DNA of 64,000 nt, from NCBI RefSeq assembly GCF_009914755.1, contig NC_060939.1. One strand, written 5' to 3'. This DNA is from the human T2T-CHM13v2.0 reference genome, Homo sapiens. The translations under genes and the position numbers were made by a program. The notes under the pieces are model-generated. The model did no database searches and had not been told where the DNA came from. It saw only the letters and a list, made by a program, of their open reading frames with translations. This document shows positions 13,311-28,011 of the stretch, piece after piece (position 1 is the stretch's first letter; every line of letters starts with the position of its first letter).

Positions 13311-14240
13311 GACCAGCTCTTAGAAGATGATGATGTTTATCTCCCTGTTCTCGGCTGCCTGGTAAAAGAATGGCACGCAGGGTTTGCTGGGCAAGCCTGG
13401 GTGCTCCTAGGTGTCCTGCATGACAGGAGACAGCTGCACGATCTGCTGTACAGTGGGGTTGTCATGGGGAGAACCCTCCCTGGCCGCTCCTGGTGCAGGC
13501 TCCACGTTGTTGTCCAGGCTCACTTCATAAAAATCTTTGGAGAGAGGGAGGCGGGGGTCTGAGCACAGTGCGAGCCTCCCCTGCTCCTGCCTGCCCACCC
13601 CGCCTGAGAGCTCTACTCACCATCCTGCTCACCGGCAGCCCCCAGTTCCTGGGGGGCTGGGGGCCCTGGAGTGGGCTCATCAGCAGGGTTCTGGGCAGCG
13701 GTGAGGAATTTGCCATGCCCCTCATGGTTGCCCACAAGGGGCAACACCAGCTCTTGCAGCTCCAGCAGATTCACCTGAAGGGAGGGTGATCAGCTCCCAC
13801 CCTGGAGCCTGCGCCAGCGCCCATGCCCACCCCCACCCCCACAGAGATGTTGCATGCCCTACCTTCATCTCCTCCTCCTTCTGGGCCAGCCTGATGACAT
13901 CTTCCATCTCCTGGTGCCACGTGTTTGGCACTGCCCCCTGGCTTTCATATACGGTGAAGGACTCTCCTGCAAGAGGACACGGCTCAGACACTAGGGTCCC
14001 TCCGATGGCCCTGCAGCTCCCCGTGCCCATGCCCTGGCCTCCTGCTCACTCATGCCATCTGTCACTCCAGAAGGCTGGACGAATCCAAGCTCTCGTCTCT
14101 CCACCTGCTCCGTCCCATCTGCCTTCTCCTTCGGGAGGTCCGTAAAGCTGCTCTGGAGCCAAAATAATGGGGTCACATCTCGGGAGTGACCTGTTCTGCC
14201 CCGCCCCCACTTTTCTTGGCCCATGCCAGGACTCACTCAC

Positions 14241-14462
14241 TTTCAGCTTCACCATGGCCTCCTTCAGGGCCCGGTAGCTCTCCCCACACACAAACTCATC
14301 TCCAGTCCTCCCTGGGGCTGGGGCCTCTGCCTCTGGCTTCTTCCAGGCCAAGGCCACCAGATGAGCCAGGTGCAGGCAGCACAGCCTTCGCACCTTCCGC
14401 TGCCCACATAGCCGGGCCTGCTCCTCCTGGGAACTGGCTCCAGCGGAGTTGAAAAATGCCAC
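14241..14462 (-). pseudogene. Dead GOLGA2-derived exon inside a GOLGA6 intron
   Basis: Open 74-codon frame VAFFNSAGASSQEEQARLCGQ..LKEAMVKLK. Acceptor reads CAA instead of CAG; donor intact. Confidence 0.8.
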
Positions 14463-14952
14463 TTGAAGGCAAGAGGTGAGTATTCTTTTAGGGGCATAGA
14501 CAGAGCAAATGAGGCAGGAAGTTGGAGCACAGTCCCTTCCCTTGGGGCCTCAGAGAGTGCACCTGTTGGTCACAGGTGACAAGGTGTCTGACCACTGCCT
14601 CCCAGAAGAGGTGAGGGGCCACAGAAATCAGAAGGCGGGAAAACCAAGAGCATAACAGGCTCTGGGAGGGACCACAGAGGAAGGTGGCAAAGTGGGGCAG
14701 GGAAAGTCAGGCTCACCGTGGCCTCCCGGCTCTCCAGGTCCTCTGGGATGTTTGGCGTGGACCGAGGCGCCTCCTCCTCCTCACTGTCCAGATGTTCTCC
14801 TCCATCTCCTGTGGGGAGGTGGCCAGAGGGGTCCTCAGACAACCCAACAAGGAAGGTACGGTGGGCCCACCTCTGTCCTCACCCTCAATGTGTAACCCTG
14901 AGCCAGCCTCTCCCCAGAGGGGAATGAGCTGCTGTTCTTTATTTTTCCTTTT

Positions 14953-15132
14953 AAGAACAAGATCTTGCTATATTGCCCAGGCACAGTCCCACTACCAGTC
15001 GGTGCGGGAGTCCTGACCTGCTCCCTTTCTGATCTGGTCCAGTTCATTCATCCTTAGGCAACCTGGTGGACCCCTGCTCCCAGGAGGTCACCATATTGAT
15101 GCTGAACTTAGTGCGGACACCCGGTTGGCATA
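14953..15132 (-). pseudogene. RN7SL: 7SL (SRP RNA) retrocopy, 5'-truncated, in GOLGA6 intron 13
   Basis: Minus strand TATGCCAACCGGGTGTCCGCACTAAGTTCAGCATCAATATGGTGACCTCCTGGGAGCAGGGGTCCACCAGGTTGCCTAAGG is the 7SL S-domain, followed by an A-rich tail. Confidence 0.92.
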
Positions 15133-15399
15133 ACGACCAGCTGTTCTAAAGGTCTCTTCCAACCCCTCAATCCTATGCTGCTAACAGCCCCCCCTTCCTC
15201 CTGGGGCTCTCTCCTCTTCCTCTGAGTGGTCTCCTGTACCTTCTCCAGGGAGAGCCACGAGGCTCAACCGGGTCTCTAGCTGTTGGTTCCGCTGGCTGGC
15301 AGCTTCTAGGTGCTCCTAAGGGGATGGGAAACAGAGTGAGAAGGCACGGAGGTTGCCAGGTCATCCCCCTCGGGGCCCCATCCTCAGCAACTCCCTCCC

Positions 15400-15624
15400 C
15401 TGGGTCTCCTGCAACTTTTGGCGGGCCATCTCAGCCACCGCTTTGCCCCAAGCTTCCTGCTGCTGCAGCTGGTCCACGAGCTGGGTCTGCAGCAGTAACT
15501 GCCTGTGCAGCGCCTCCTTCTCAGAGGTCAGCTGCTGATAGGTGGCCACGTACTGCTGCAGGTGACCCAGGTACTAGTCTCGCTGCTGCTGCAGACTCTG
15601 AGACCCTTGGCTCTTCAGCTCCAC
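15400..15624 (-). pseudogene. Dead GOLGA2-derived exon inside a GOLGA6 intron
   Basis: [52 protein letters not shown], with an internal TAG and donor GT>GG. Confidence 0.85.
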
Positions 15625-16016
15625 CTGCAGGAAAACCCTGGGCATGAGGGCACATGGTGGCTGGCTTCCAGGTTCTGGGCCCATTAATAGGGTAGCTAGG
15701 GCACTGTGGGGCTCTGTCACCTGCCCAGGACCCTGGTCCCTTGCTTCAGGCCTAAGAGCCTTCCTCCCTTGCCTAGAACCCCATACCTCCTTCCCCAGCC
15801 TCAAATCTCATGTCCTTCTTACCACCATTTAAACTGTAGGCCACAGACTGGTGGAAAAGCAGAGGGAGCCAACCACCATCTGCTAAGTGTGCTACATGCC
15901 TAATGCTTTCCAGGTATTCTATCATTCAATCCTCAGCACCTCTGCAAGGAAAATGCTAACTTCCTTTTGAAGTCACAGAAACAGAGACTTAGAGATGAAC
16001 AGTAGTTGAACGGTGA

Positions 16017-16471
<455 letters not shown>

Positions 16472-17049
16472 TAAAAGTCAGAGGGCAGGAAGCAAGAAAC
16501 AGTCATAGGGCTGCCCTGGAGGATGCTGGGGTCACCTGCCTCCCAGCTGGAGCTGCCTTTGGCCTGGCACCTCCCCTCCCCAGAGGCTGGTGCCCGCCTC
16601 CCAGCCCTTCTTGGATGGGGTGGAGGTTACCATCTCCTTCACCTCGTCTAGCTTCTCCTGCAGCTCCTTTACTTGCTGCTCCAACTGCAGTGCGCTCTTT
16701 TTCTCATTGTTCTGGACAGAGAGAAGCAATCAGTGGCCATCCACTGCAGCTGGAGACACCAGACCTTGGTGTCTGCCTCCCATATCACCAGGAAGCGTGG
16801 AGGCAGGTTAGAAAAATCATCCCTTCTCCCCCACAGCCATCAGAGCAGAGCCTGATGAGCTGTAGCTCACAGGTGCCTTTAGAAGTACCATTTCATGTGA
16901 GGGCTACACTGGCCCATTTTACAGGTGGGGAAACAAAGGCCTGGAGGGATAGGGATGAGGGCAGGCTCCCCAGGTGGGGCAACCCACCAGATCCTCGAAG
17001 CTGCACTGTGGCTCGGCCAGCTGCTTGTTGAGCTTGTGGTTCTGAAAGA

Positions 17050-17390
17050 GCGCGAGCCTCTCCTCCTGCTTTTGTAGCCTGTCCTCCTTCTTCCACAGCC
17101 TCTCCTCCTGGTCCCACAGCCTCTTTTCCTGCTTTTGCAGCCTCTCCTCCTCCTTTTGCAGCCTCTCCTCCTGCTTGCGTAGCCTCTGCTCCTGCTTTTG
17201 CAGCCTCTCACCCTGCTCCTGTAGCGTCTTCTGCTGCTCCCGAAGCCTCTCGTTTTGTTCACACAGTCTCTCCAGCTCCCGCACCCTCTGCGCCTCCTGC
17301 TCTCGGAGCATCTCCTCCTGCTCTCGGATCATCTCCTCCTGCTCCTGGAGTCTCTCCTCCTGCTCCTGGAGTCTCTGCTTTTGTTCCTTG
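17050..17390 (-). repeat. Coding 21-bp (7-aa heptad) tandem repeat in GOLGA6 exon 11
   Basis: RLQEQEE/RLQEQEE/MIREQEE/MLREQEA..RLRKQEE/RLQKEEE/RLQKQEK repeats, in frame. Confidence 0.9.
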
Positions 17391-19170
17391 CTCAGGACAC
17401 TCAAGGCCTGATTGTTTTCCACCTGGGATTGGAGCTTTCCCTCCAGACCTTCCACCTCCTGCCTCAGGTGTTTGGCCTCATCTTGTAGCTGTTCCACCAC
17501 AGAGGTCACTGCTGGGGGCGCCAGGGATAGGGGCTCAGCTGAGAAACAAAGCAGACAATAAGGGCCTCTGGATTCCCCAACCCCTCTACCCACCCCCACC
17601 TCAAAAAAAAAAAAAAAAAAAAAACCTCCTCTTGATGCACAGCTCCTCTCAGGCTTCCCAAACTTGGCCTCACTGCTAATCATTCCTCGCACCCGATGGT
17701 AGCCAGTTTCCAAGCCACTTTCACATAGAGAGCACTGTGGGTGGCTGACAACGGGTGCTCCTCCCTCTTTGCTGATGGGGACCCTGAGGCTCATGGAGAT
17801 GACAAAACTTGCCGTCTCCTGGCACAGACCTCTTTCCCTCTGCCTCAAAGCCCTTCCACCCACCCACCTCCCTGGGGCATTCTAAGCCACCCCCACAGAC
17901 CTCTGATGCCAGTCCTGCTCCCAGGTCACACCAGCCCCATCTTACCCATCTGGTTTTTGAGTTCGGACAAGCTCCTCTTCAGCTCCTGTATCCGATGTAT
18001 GTCACGCTTCTTCTCTTCCTTTAATGTTCGAGCCTGCCCAAAGCACAGGGGAAAGGGCCCTGGAGAGAGGGGCTGGTGGCTGGATAGGCTACCATCTCAC
18101 TCTGTGCCCCCATCTCCACAAAGCCCAGACCCATGACCACCTCTGGCTGTACTATTCCCATTTTACAGATGCCCAGAAAGATCCAGTGACCTATCTAAAG
18201 TGGGGGCTGAAGGGTCAGACCTCACCTCCACCGACATTTTCCACATCCTCTCCTGCCACCGGGCCCTCTCTCCTTTTATGTGTTTAGCATATTCGTCCTG
18301 CTCTAGCTGGACTTGTTTTAGTGACTCTGTCACCTGCAAGAAATGGGCAGAGAAGTTAGGAAGGGCTGTCACTGGTCCTCACCTGCTCCTGGCCACCTGG
18401 GGTCATCTTCCTTCCACATCCCTCCCTCTGCAAAGCCTCACCTGTGTCACGTGTGCGTTCAGCAGTGCCTGCTCCTTTATGGTCTGCTGTAACCGCCACT
18501 GGAGGACCGCTTCTCTGCAGCTCGAGGACTGGATGGTGAAGAGTGAGAAGTTTTGATCTGGGGAGCTCAGGCAGTGCCCCTTAAAAGGGCTAGGGCTAGG
18601 CTCAATATACAACTCGGTTAGTAAAGGTCAAGGCATTTCCAAGCCCGTGGCCTGGTTATTAAAAGAACTCAGTAAATTTGGAAGGGAGAGGGAAAGAGAT
18701 CGAATTTACAGCTGGCTAACAGAGGCCCAGAGAGATCAGATAATATTGCTATTGTTATTACTGTTATTACTACCACTGTTTGAACCGTTATGGAGTGCTT
18801 CACCAGGTTCCATGCTAGCAATCCCATTTAATCCTCACAACCACCATATGAGACGGTTACTAGGATTACCTCTATTGTGTAGATGAAAAACATCGAGTGT
18901 TCGAGGTTAAGTGCTTGCCTAAGATCACTTAGACAGAGCTGGGATTTGAACACCCAGGTCTATCCTATTCTCTAAGCCCATTTTTCTTGCTGGGGGTGGG
19001 GACACAGATAGGAAGGGGGAAATTAATCTTTTGTTCACTTTTTGAAAGGATGATACATTCATATAGTCCAAAACTCAGAAGGTACAGAAGGGAGGTGTCT
19101 CCCAGGCACCCTGTTACTCTCTCCTGAGTTTTTTATGAATGCTTGCAGACATGTTTTTGTATATTATCAT

Positions 19171-19173
<3 letters not shown>

Positions 19174-19205
<32 letters not shown>
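19174..19205. repeat. (CA)n microsatellite
   Basis: About 16 AC units. Confidence 0.95.
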
Positions 19206-19207
<2 letters not shown>

Positions 19208-21535
19208 CTTTCCTCTCTCTACAGAAATGGTAACATACTAAAGGTGCTCTTCTGTACCTTCACAGAACAACTATCCAATACCCCACCTAGGACTTGCCCA
19301 AGGCCACAGCCAGGAAAGGGCAGGGCAGGCACTTGGCCTCTGAGCTCTGCATCCAGTGCTCACTCCCCATAGTGCCCCCCAACTCACCCACAGCAGCTGA
19401 CTCAGCCCCAGGCTGCCTCTAACAACCATACACAAAAGTAGTGAGAAATGACCATGCTGCCTTCTGGGTAGGACACTCCATCCTGCAGAAGGGACCTTTA
19501 GGCTCACTCCTCCATCTGGGAAGCCAGGCTGCCAGGGGATGGGGCAGCTGGTTGGACTCACCCTGTCCTCTTCCTGCTGCTGTGTAGACACAGCACAGAG
19601 AGCCCGCTCCAATTCTTGAATACGCTGCAAGGCGTATTGCAGGCGGCCAGCCAGATCCTTGGACTCTTCTGTAATGAGAGAGGTTGAGATGGGGCCCAAA
19701 AGACTCCCCCTAAAGACCTGTCAAAGTGCCAGGTTGAAGGATGATGGGGTGCCCAGATTCCCACCTTCGAAGTGTCGGGCAGCACGTTTAGTATGGTAAA
19801 GGGTGGTCTTCAAGTCTGCCTTTTCCAATGTGAGGATGTTGATTGTCTGGAATTGAACTTTTGGGAGAAAAGCCAAGCAAGTGCTGAAAGGGAAGGAAAG
19901 AAACATTCTCCAGAGGACAGGAGAAAGCTCCCCACCCTCCACTCACCTCTAACTGCTCTGTTTGTGCTTTGTGTATTTCATTGTTTGCTTTCTTTGCCTA
20001 TAGGAAGAGGAAGACAGAGCTCTTGCCACAGGGAGGCCGAGATGGCACAGCAGGAGGCACGCCCCCAGAATGCCACCAATGTCCCAGGACAGGCCCACCC
20101 ATGGAACCAGGTTATCAGGGACCCCGTGGGGATGGGGTGGAATCTGAGGGGTGAGCCTTCTTCCCCAGGCTGGGAGTGGGCAAGATGAGACTGGCACCTC
20201 TGCATCTGAGTGCCCCCCAAACCCAGCAGTCATGTTGTAAGCAAAGAAAATCACGTTATTTCTTCCAGCTGATGTTCCACTTGTTTCTTCTGCTGTTTCT
20301 GTGGGGAGAGTCAAATTCAGGTGACTGAGAGTGGCCCCCTCAACTCTATTCCCCAGACCTGGAAGTGGTAGGCAGGGACCAGGAATGGATTTTAAAGGCA
20401 ACATTCTCAGACCCAATGGCGACACGAACTGGTCAACCCTCTTCAAGCACCCAAGGACAGAGGATTTGGGTCTTTGTTGGTTTTTGCCCAAAGCCACAGA
20501 ACTCAAAGTTTGAATCTGGATTCTCTCAAAAGGACAGTAACATAAACCTCTAGAGAGGGAGTCTCAGGAAGGCCCACCCTTCTGCCAGCTTGTGATTTAG
20601 AAAGGTGCCTTCATTCAACAAACATTTACTGAACACATACGGGCCAGCTACGGTTCTTCACAGCAGATATAGGATGGAAAAGGACAGACAGGAGCCCTTG
20701 GCCCTCAGGTTTCCATTCTAGGGGCCTTTAAATCTCAGACTCTCAGAGCTAACAGAGAACTTTGATGCTCTACCTCCTCCGGAAACACGAGCCCAAGGAG
20801 GACAGGTGGCTTGTCCATACTCAAGGCAAATTAGGGACTGAGTCAGGGCAGAAATACAGGGCCCCTGACAACCAGTCAGGCTAGCGCTTCCCTGAGAGGT
20901 GACAACCCCAGGGTGTGTGTGGCAAGGACTGGAGCAGGGGTGTCTGGAGAAGAGAGAGTTGGCAAAGAGGGCAGTGACAGAAGAGCCATGCTGCGTGCTC
21001 CTTGCTCTGGGGTCCCTCCAGGTGAGGCCTGGGTGCTCCAGCTCCCCATTTGCCCTTGGCACCAGGGGCCCCCAGCCCCTTTCTTCAGGGCCCCAAGGGG
21101 AAACTAAAGCCCAGGATTGGCAGCATGGAATCAGGGGACCCCACTGGACTCTTACCAATGATTCTATGTTTTCATTGAGTTGATTGATTGTCACGGAGCT
21201 TGACTCCAGGGCTACTGCTAGTTCTTGGTACTGGCTCTGAGGCACATGCAGAGAGGAGGAGTTGGAAGAGGATTGTGGGGAGAGGTAGAGAGAACAATCA
21301 TTAGGGCTGGGGTGTGTGTGGGCTGTCTCAGCTGGCAGAGGGTCACCCAGCCCCCACTGTGAGAGGAGGTTGGAGGGCTGGCCTGCAGAGTCACTGCACC
21401 TCGGCCCAGGGCCTCTTACTTCCAGATCCTTCAGGGTAACAGATGATGCAGGAGTAATAAAAATGAGAAATTTTAAAAAAAAAACTTACATGGGAAATAG
21501 TTATGTATATAGAGAAAGTATAAAAACAGCAAGGA

Positions 21536-21906
<371 letters not shown>

Positions 21907-22111
21907 TCACCATTTCCAAGATGATAAAAGATGCGGGGAAGGAAAAAACCCAATCAATCAAGCAGGTGAAGAAGCAGACAGAAACAGGCTGAAGGTTAAT
22001 GGCAGCAACATAAAACAAGGCAGAGGCCAAGTATTCCCCAAACCAGAGAAGCCTCAGGGCCATGCATAGCTGGAGACAGCAAGCCAGAGAGGGGTCTTGG
22101 CACTGCCTCAC

Positions 22112-22191
22112 CTTCCACTTGTCCAATGGGGGAGCACTACCCCATTGGAGTAGTTAAGGTTGGACACCAGCACCTTCAGAATGTCCTGAAT
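22112..22191 (-). pseudogene. Frameshifted GOLGA2 alternative exon (IQDILKVLVSNLNYSNGVV..DKWK) in GOLGA6 intron 2
   Basis: AG/GT intact; 80 nt, with a 1-bp deletion in a C-run. Confidence 0.75.
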
Positions 22192-24475
22192 CTACAGGAG
22201 GTGACAAGGGAAAAACAAGGGCAGGAGGTGAAAGACAGAAGTGGCTTAGAGAGAAGCAAGAAAGTCAGGGTAGGAGGAAGATGTGGGTTCAGGAAAAGGA
22301 AACGCTGAAGAAGAGCAGAGGAGATTAAAACCATGGCCTGTGCCATTCTTCCAAATGGCCACCTGCTGCCTTGCCAGGGGCAGGAACAAATAGATGGAAA
22401 AGTCCCCTGAGTGACGCAGTCACAGAGTGGAGTCAGCTGACCAATGCAGATCTTAATATGCTCACTGGTCCCCTCTCCTCAGGCCCAGGACATGGGTGAT
22501 GAATCTGTTAGAGCTCCAGACCTCCACCTCCATTAAAAAAAACAGACTTCTGAGTAAGAGCTCACTTGAACTAAGGGGATTCCAGCTAAAAAACAAGTTT
22601 GAAAGACACTGATCTTATCCAGTATCATCTTACAGAGGAGGAAACTGAGGCCCAGTGGAAGAAGTGATTTTTCTGTGGTCACCCAACAAGCTGGTGGCAA
22701 GTTAGATCTTCTCTTGCTCCTAGTGCCTGGGGCTCTCCTCACCACACCCTGGGCCCCCTTCAGTGACTCCTAAAGGGACAGCCTGATGGCAAGTGGCTGT
22801 ACTCATTAGCCCAACTTCCCCTTGAGAGTGGGGATCAGGAAAATCAAACAACAATGATCATTTCCTGGGTATCCTGGGTGTTTACAGCAGGCCACGTACT
22901 AGGAGTTAACATGAAAACAACAACAATAAGGAATCTCATTTAAACTTCACAAATGGAAGTCAAACAATACTACCCCTATTTCACAGATGTGAAAAGAGAG
23001 GCCCAAAGAGCTCAAGCAACTTGCCATAAATCAGATCGCTAGCAGATGGAGAAGCAGGATTCAAACCCAGAATTCTTAACCAGTACCCAGCAATCTCAAC
23101 AATTACCCTCTACTGCCCCTTGGGCCCCCTGTCCCCAGGAGCCTGGCCAGCCAAGACTCACATCCCCAGGTGAGTGGCAACCACCAGAAGTGGTTGTCTC
23201 AGGGCTACTGCCAGTTTTTTTCTTTTTTGTCTTTGCTCCTGCTGGAACACCAGGGCTCTTCCTTTGCTGATATTCTTTTAGCTGTGGGAAAGAAGAGCAG
23301 TAATACTCATGAGAACTACCAGCCCCTACAGCCACACCCTCCTTACAGTTTTTGCAAAATACTCTTATACACCATCTGGTTTAATGCCACCAACAACTGT
23401 ACAAGGTGTTGTCACAATCACTTAGTGATTGAGAGGGATGGATATTATGGCTAAAAAAAAAGTTGGGGGGGCAATAATGGAACTTAAACTTGGTCTTCTG
23501 ACTCCAAGCTCTGGGGTTTTGCCATGATCAGCAGCTGCTGGGGACCAAAACCAGACGCAGAGCAAGAAAAGTAAACATTACATAGGCAGGAACTACATGC
23601 TGTGTGGTTTAGAGTCATACATCCTCACATGTCTGTTAGTGTGAAGAAGTGCACCAGTATCTCTCAAACTTTTATATCAATGTGTCCTCATGGCAGAAGG
23701 CAGCTTTTTTGTTAAATCTGGGAATTTGTCAGAAAGAGGACAACCCAAGTCTCATTTCAGAGAGAAGTCTGGTATACTCTTAGAAACCTATGTGAGGGTG
23801 ATCCCTAAGTACATTAATGTTTTTTCTCTCTCAAGAGAATCAAGGGAAACTGATGCTTCAGAAAGATCTCCCACATTTATCCTGTGGCACTCAATGTACC
23901 CCAAGTTGAGATGATATGAGGAAGATTCAAGCTGTCAAATTCAGTTTCCCAAGATCTATTCCACAGAAGATGAGCAAATCTCACTTCAGAGACCACTGAC
24001 TGAAGGGCAGTCTGGTCCCAGAACCGTGGAGAATTAGAATATGAGGTGGAGAACTCAGAAAAAAATGTTAAAATCTCTCTGGAGAGTAGAAGCCTGGGAG
24101 AAAACCAAACCAAACCCATTCTCCCATTACCACCCAGAGATACTGTCAACGTTTTGAGCTCACAGGGGAAGTGTAGGCTTTTCACACTGTCGATGTCTAT
24201 GTGAAGGGAGTAAGGCAGCCTGAAACCTCTTGCTCCTAGGTCCCATAGTCCCCATTTCCCTTCTAGCTGGAAATTTGTGCTGTGACCAGAGGAACCAGAA
24301 ATGGGGTGAGAATGCTTAGGGGACTGGGTTGTAAGATCAAAGGCCAGTCTTGCAGCAGTAATGACAGTTCCTAGGGGGACTGTGACATCACTACATTCCA
24401 CTCCTCCTGGGGGTGGGGGGAACCTCATCAGTGCAATGGCTGAGTTGCCGATCCACGATGGGCGAGGGGGGATGT

Positions 24476-24780
24476 GGGGCTGGGACCCAGGTCCTTGGAG
24501 ATGCCAGTCCAGAGAGCCCAGGGAGGTCGGGCTTGGGTCAGCAGGAGGGGAGAGCAGAGTCTGCTCAGGGAACCCCAGGAGTCACCAGCCCAAAGTCACC
24601 CCGGGATGACTGGCGATGCTGGGGTGTTGGGGCTGGGGGACCCAGGTCCTTGGAGAGGTGAGCCCAAAGAACCCAGGGAGGTTGGGCTTGGGGCAGCAGG
24701 ACCTGAGGGCTGAATATGGAGCAGGGAGCCCCAGCAGTCATCCGCCCAAAGTCACCGCAGGGTGATTGGCGAGGGCAGAG
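24476..24780. repeat. Diverged ~155-bp tandem duplication in GOLGA6 intron 1
   Basis: GGGACCCAGGTCCTTGGAGA..CCCAGGGAGGTYGGGCTTGGG..CCCAAAGTCACC occurs twice. Confidence 0.8.
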
Positions 24781-25119
24781 GCCAGGCTGCTTGCTGAAGG
24801 GGCGGGGCTGACTGACAAGACTTTGGTGGGGGGAGCCCAGAGGCGCCGGGGTAGGGGGGCCCAGCCCGGTGTGCCTCAAGAGTGGTATGGACTCTGAGAG
24901 TGGTCTTGTCATCAGAGGGGATCTCTGGCTAGGTTGGGGGGCCATGACCTTTTTCTTGGCTTTTTACCTTTTTCTTGACTGCTGCCAATTTGTTCCATCG
25001 AGTTTCTTCTGGCATCATGGGGTCGGGAGGGAGGTAGGGTTGGGGCCACATCAGCGAACACCTCCAGTCACCTACAAGGCTGCTGTGTGACTGAGCCAGA
25101 GGAGGCGTAACCAGGGCCA

Positions 25120-25330
25120 CACTAGAATGCAGAATAGGGGTGTGGCCTTAATGCTCCGATCCCATTGGTCAATGAGAAAGATGAAAAGGAAAGGAGGCGT
25201 GGCCAGGCAGCAGTGTGTCCAGAGGAACCTGTGACATCACAAGGAAAGCTGCCCATGCGACTGCTGTCCCCGCCCATTCGGGGAGAGGGGCGGGGCCTGC
25301 CTACTCCGGGAGAGGGGAGGACCGGCTTTT
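25120..25330 (-). promoter_or_regulatory. GOLGA6 proximal promoter
   Basis: CCAAT (minus strand, ~25164), CRE-like TGACATCA (~25232) and GC boxes (~25270, 25288) 110-240 bp upstream of the ATG. Confidence 0.5.
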
Positions 25331-25728
25331 GCTTTAAAATGTTAAACTTTAAAAAATATATGTGTTTATACTTTATATATATGTGTGTCAGTGTGTGTGT
25401 GTGTCTACATGTTCCTCCAGAGCTGTCTTCATTATCCAGCTTCTATGCATGGTCTATGATTTTGGCCTACGTTTTTCATCTTCAGATGGAGTATAAGAAT
25501 TACCAGTATTACCCCAGTGAAGACACAAATCCTATAAAAATGGAAAATCCATAGTATGTTTGATGATTAATGAATGAAGTGGACTATATTATCCAACATT
25601 CCAATAAGGTAAAATAATCACAATGATTTCTCGGTTTTGGAAAAAACATTTCTCTTATTCTCCTACATTATTAAGATTTTTTAAAAAACAAGAAACATGT
25701 CTAATATCTTTAAAAACACAAAGCTTTT

Positions 25729-28011
<2,283 letters not shown>

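Noticed and set aside
16919-17863. 314-aa coiled-coil ORF as a standalone gene
   Set aside because: It is GOLGA6 exon 11 plus flanking intron, including a poly-T tract.
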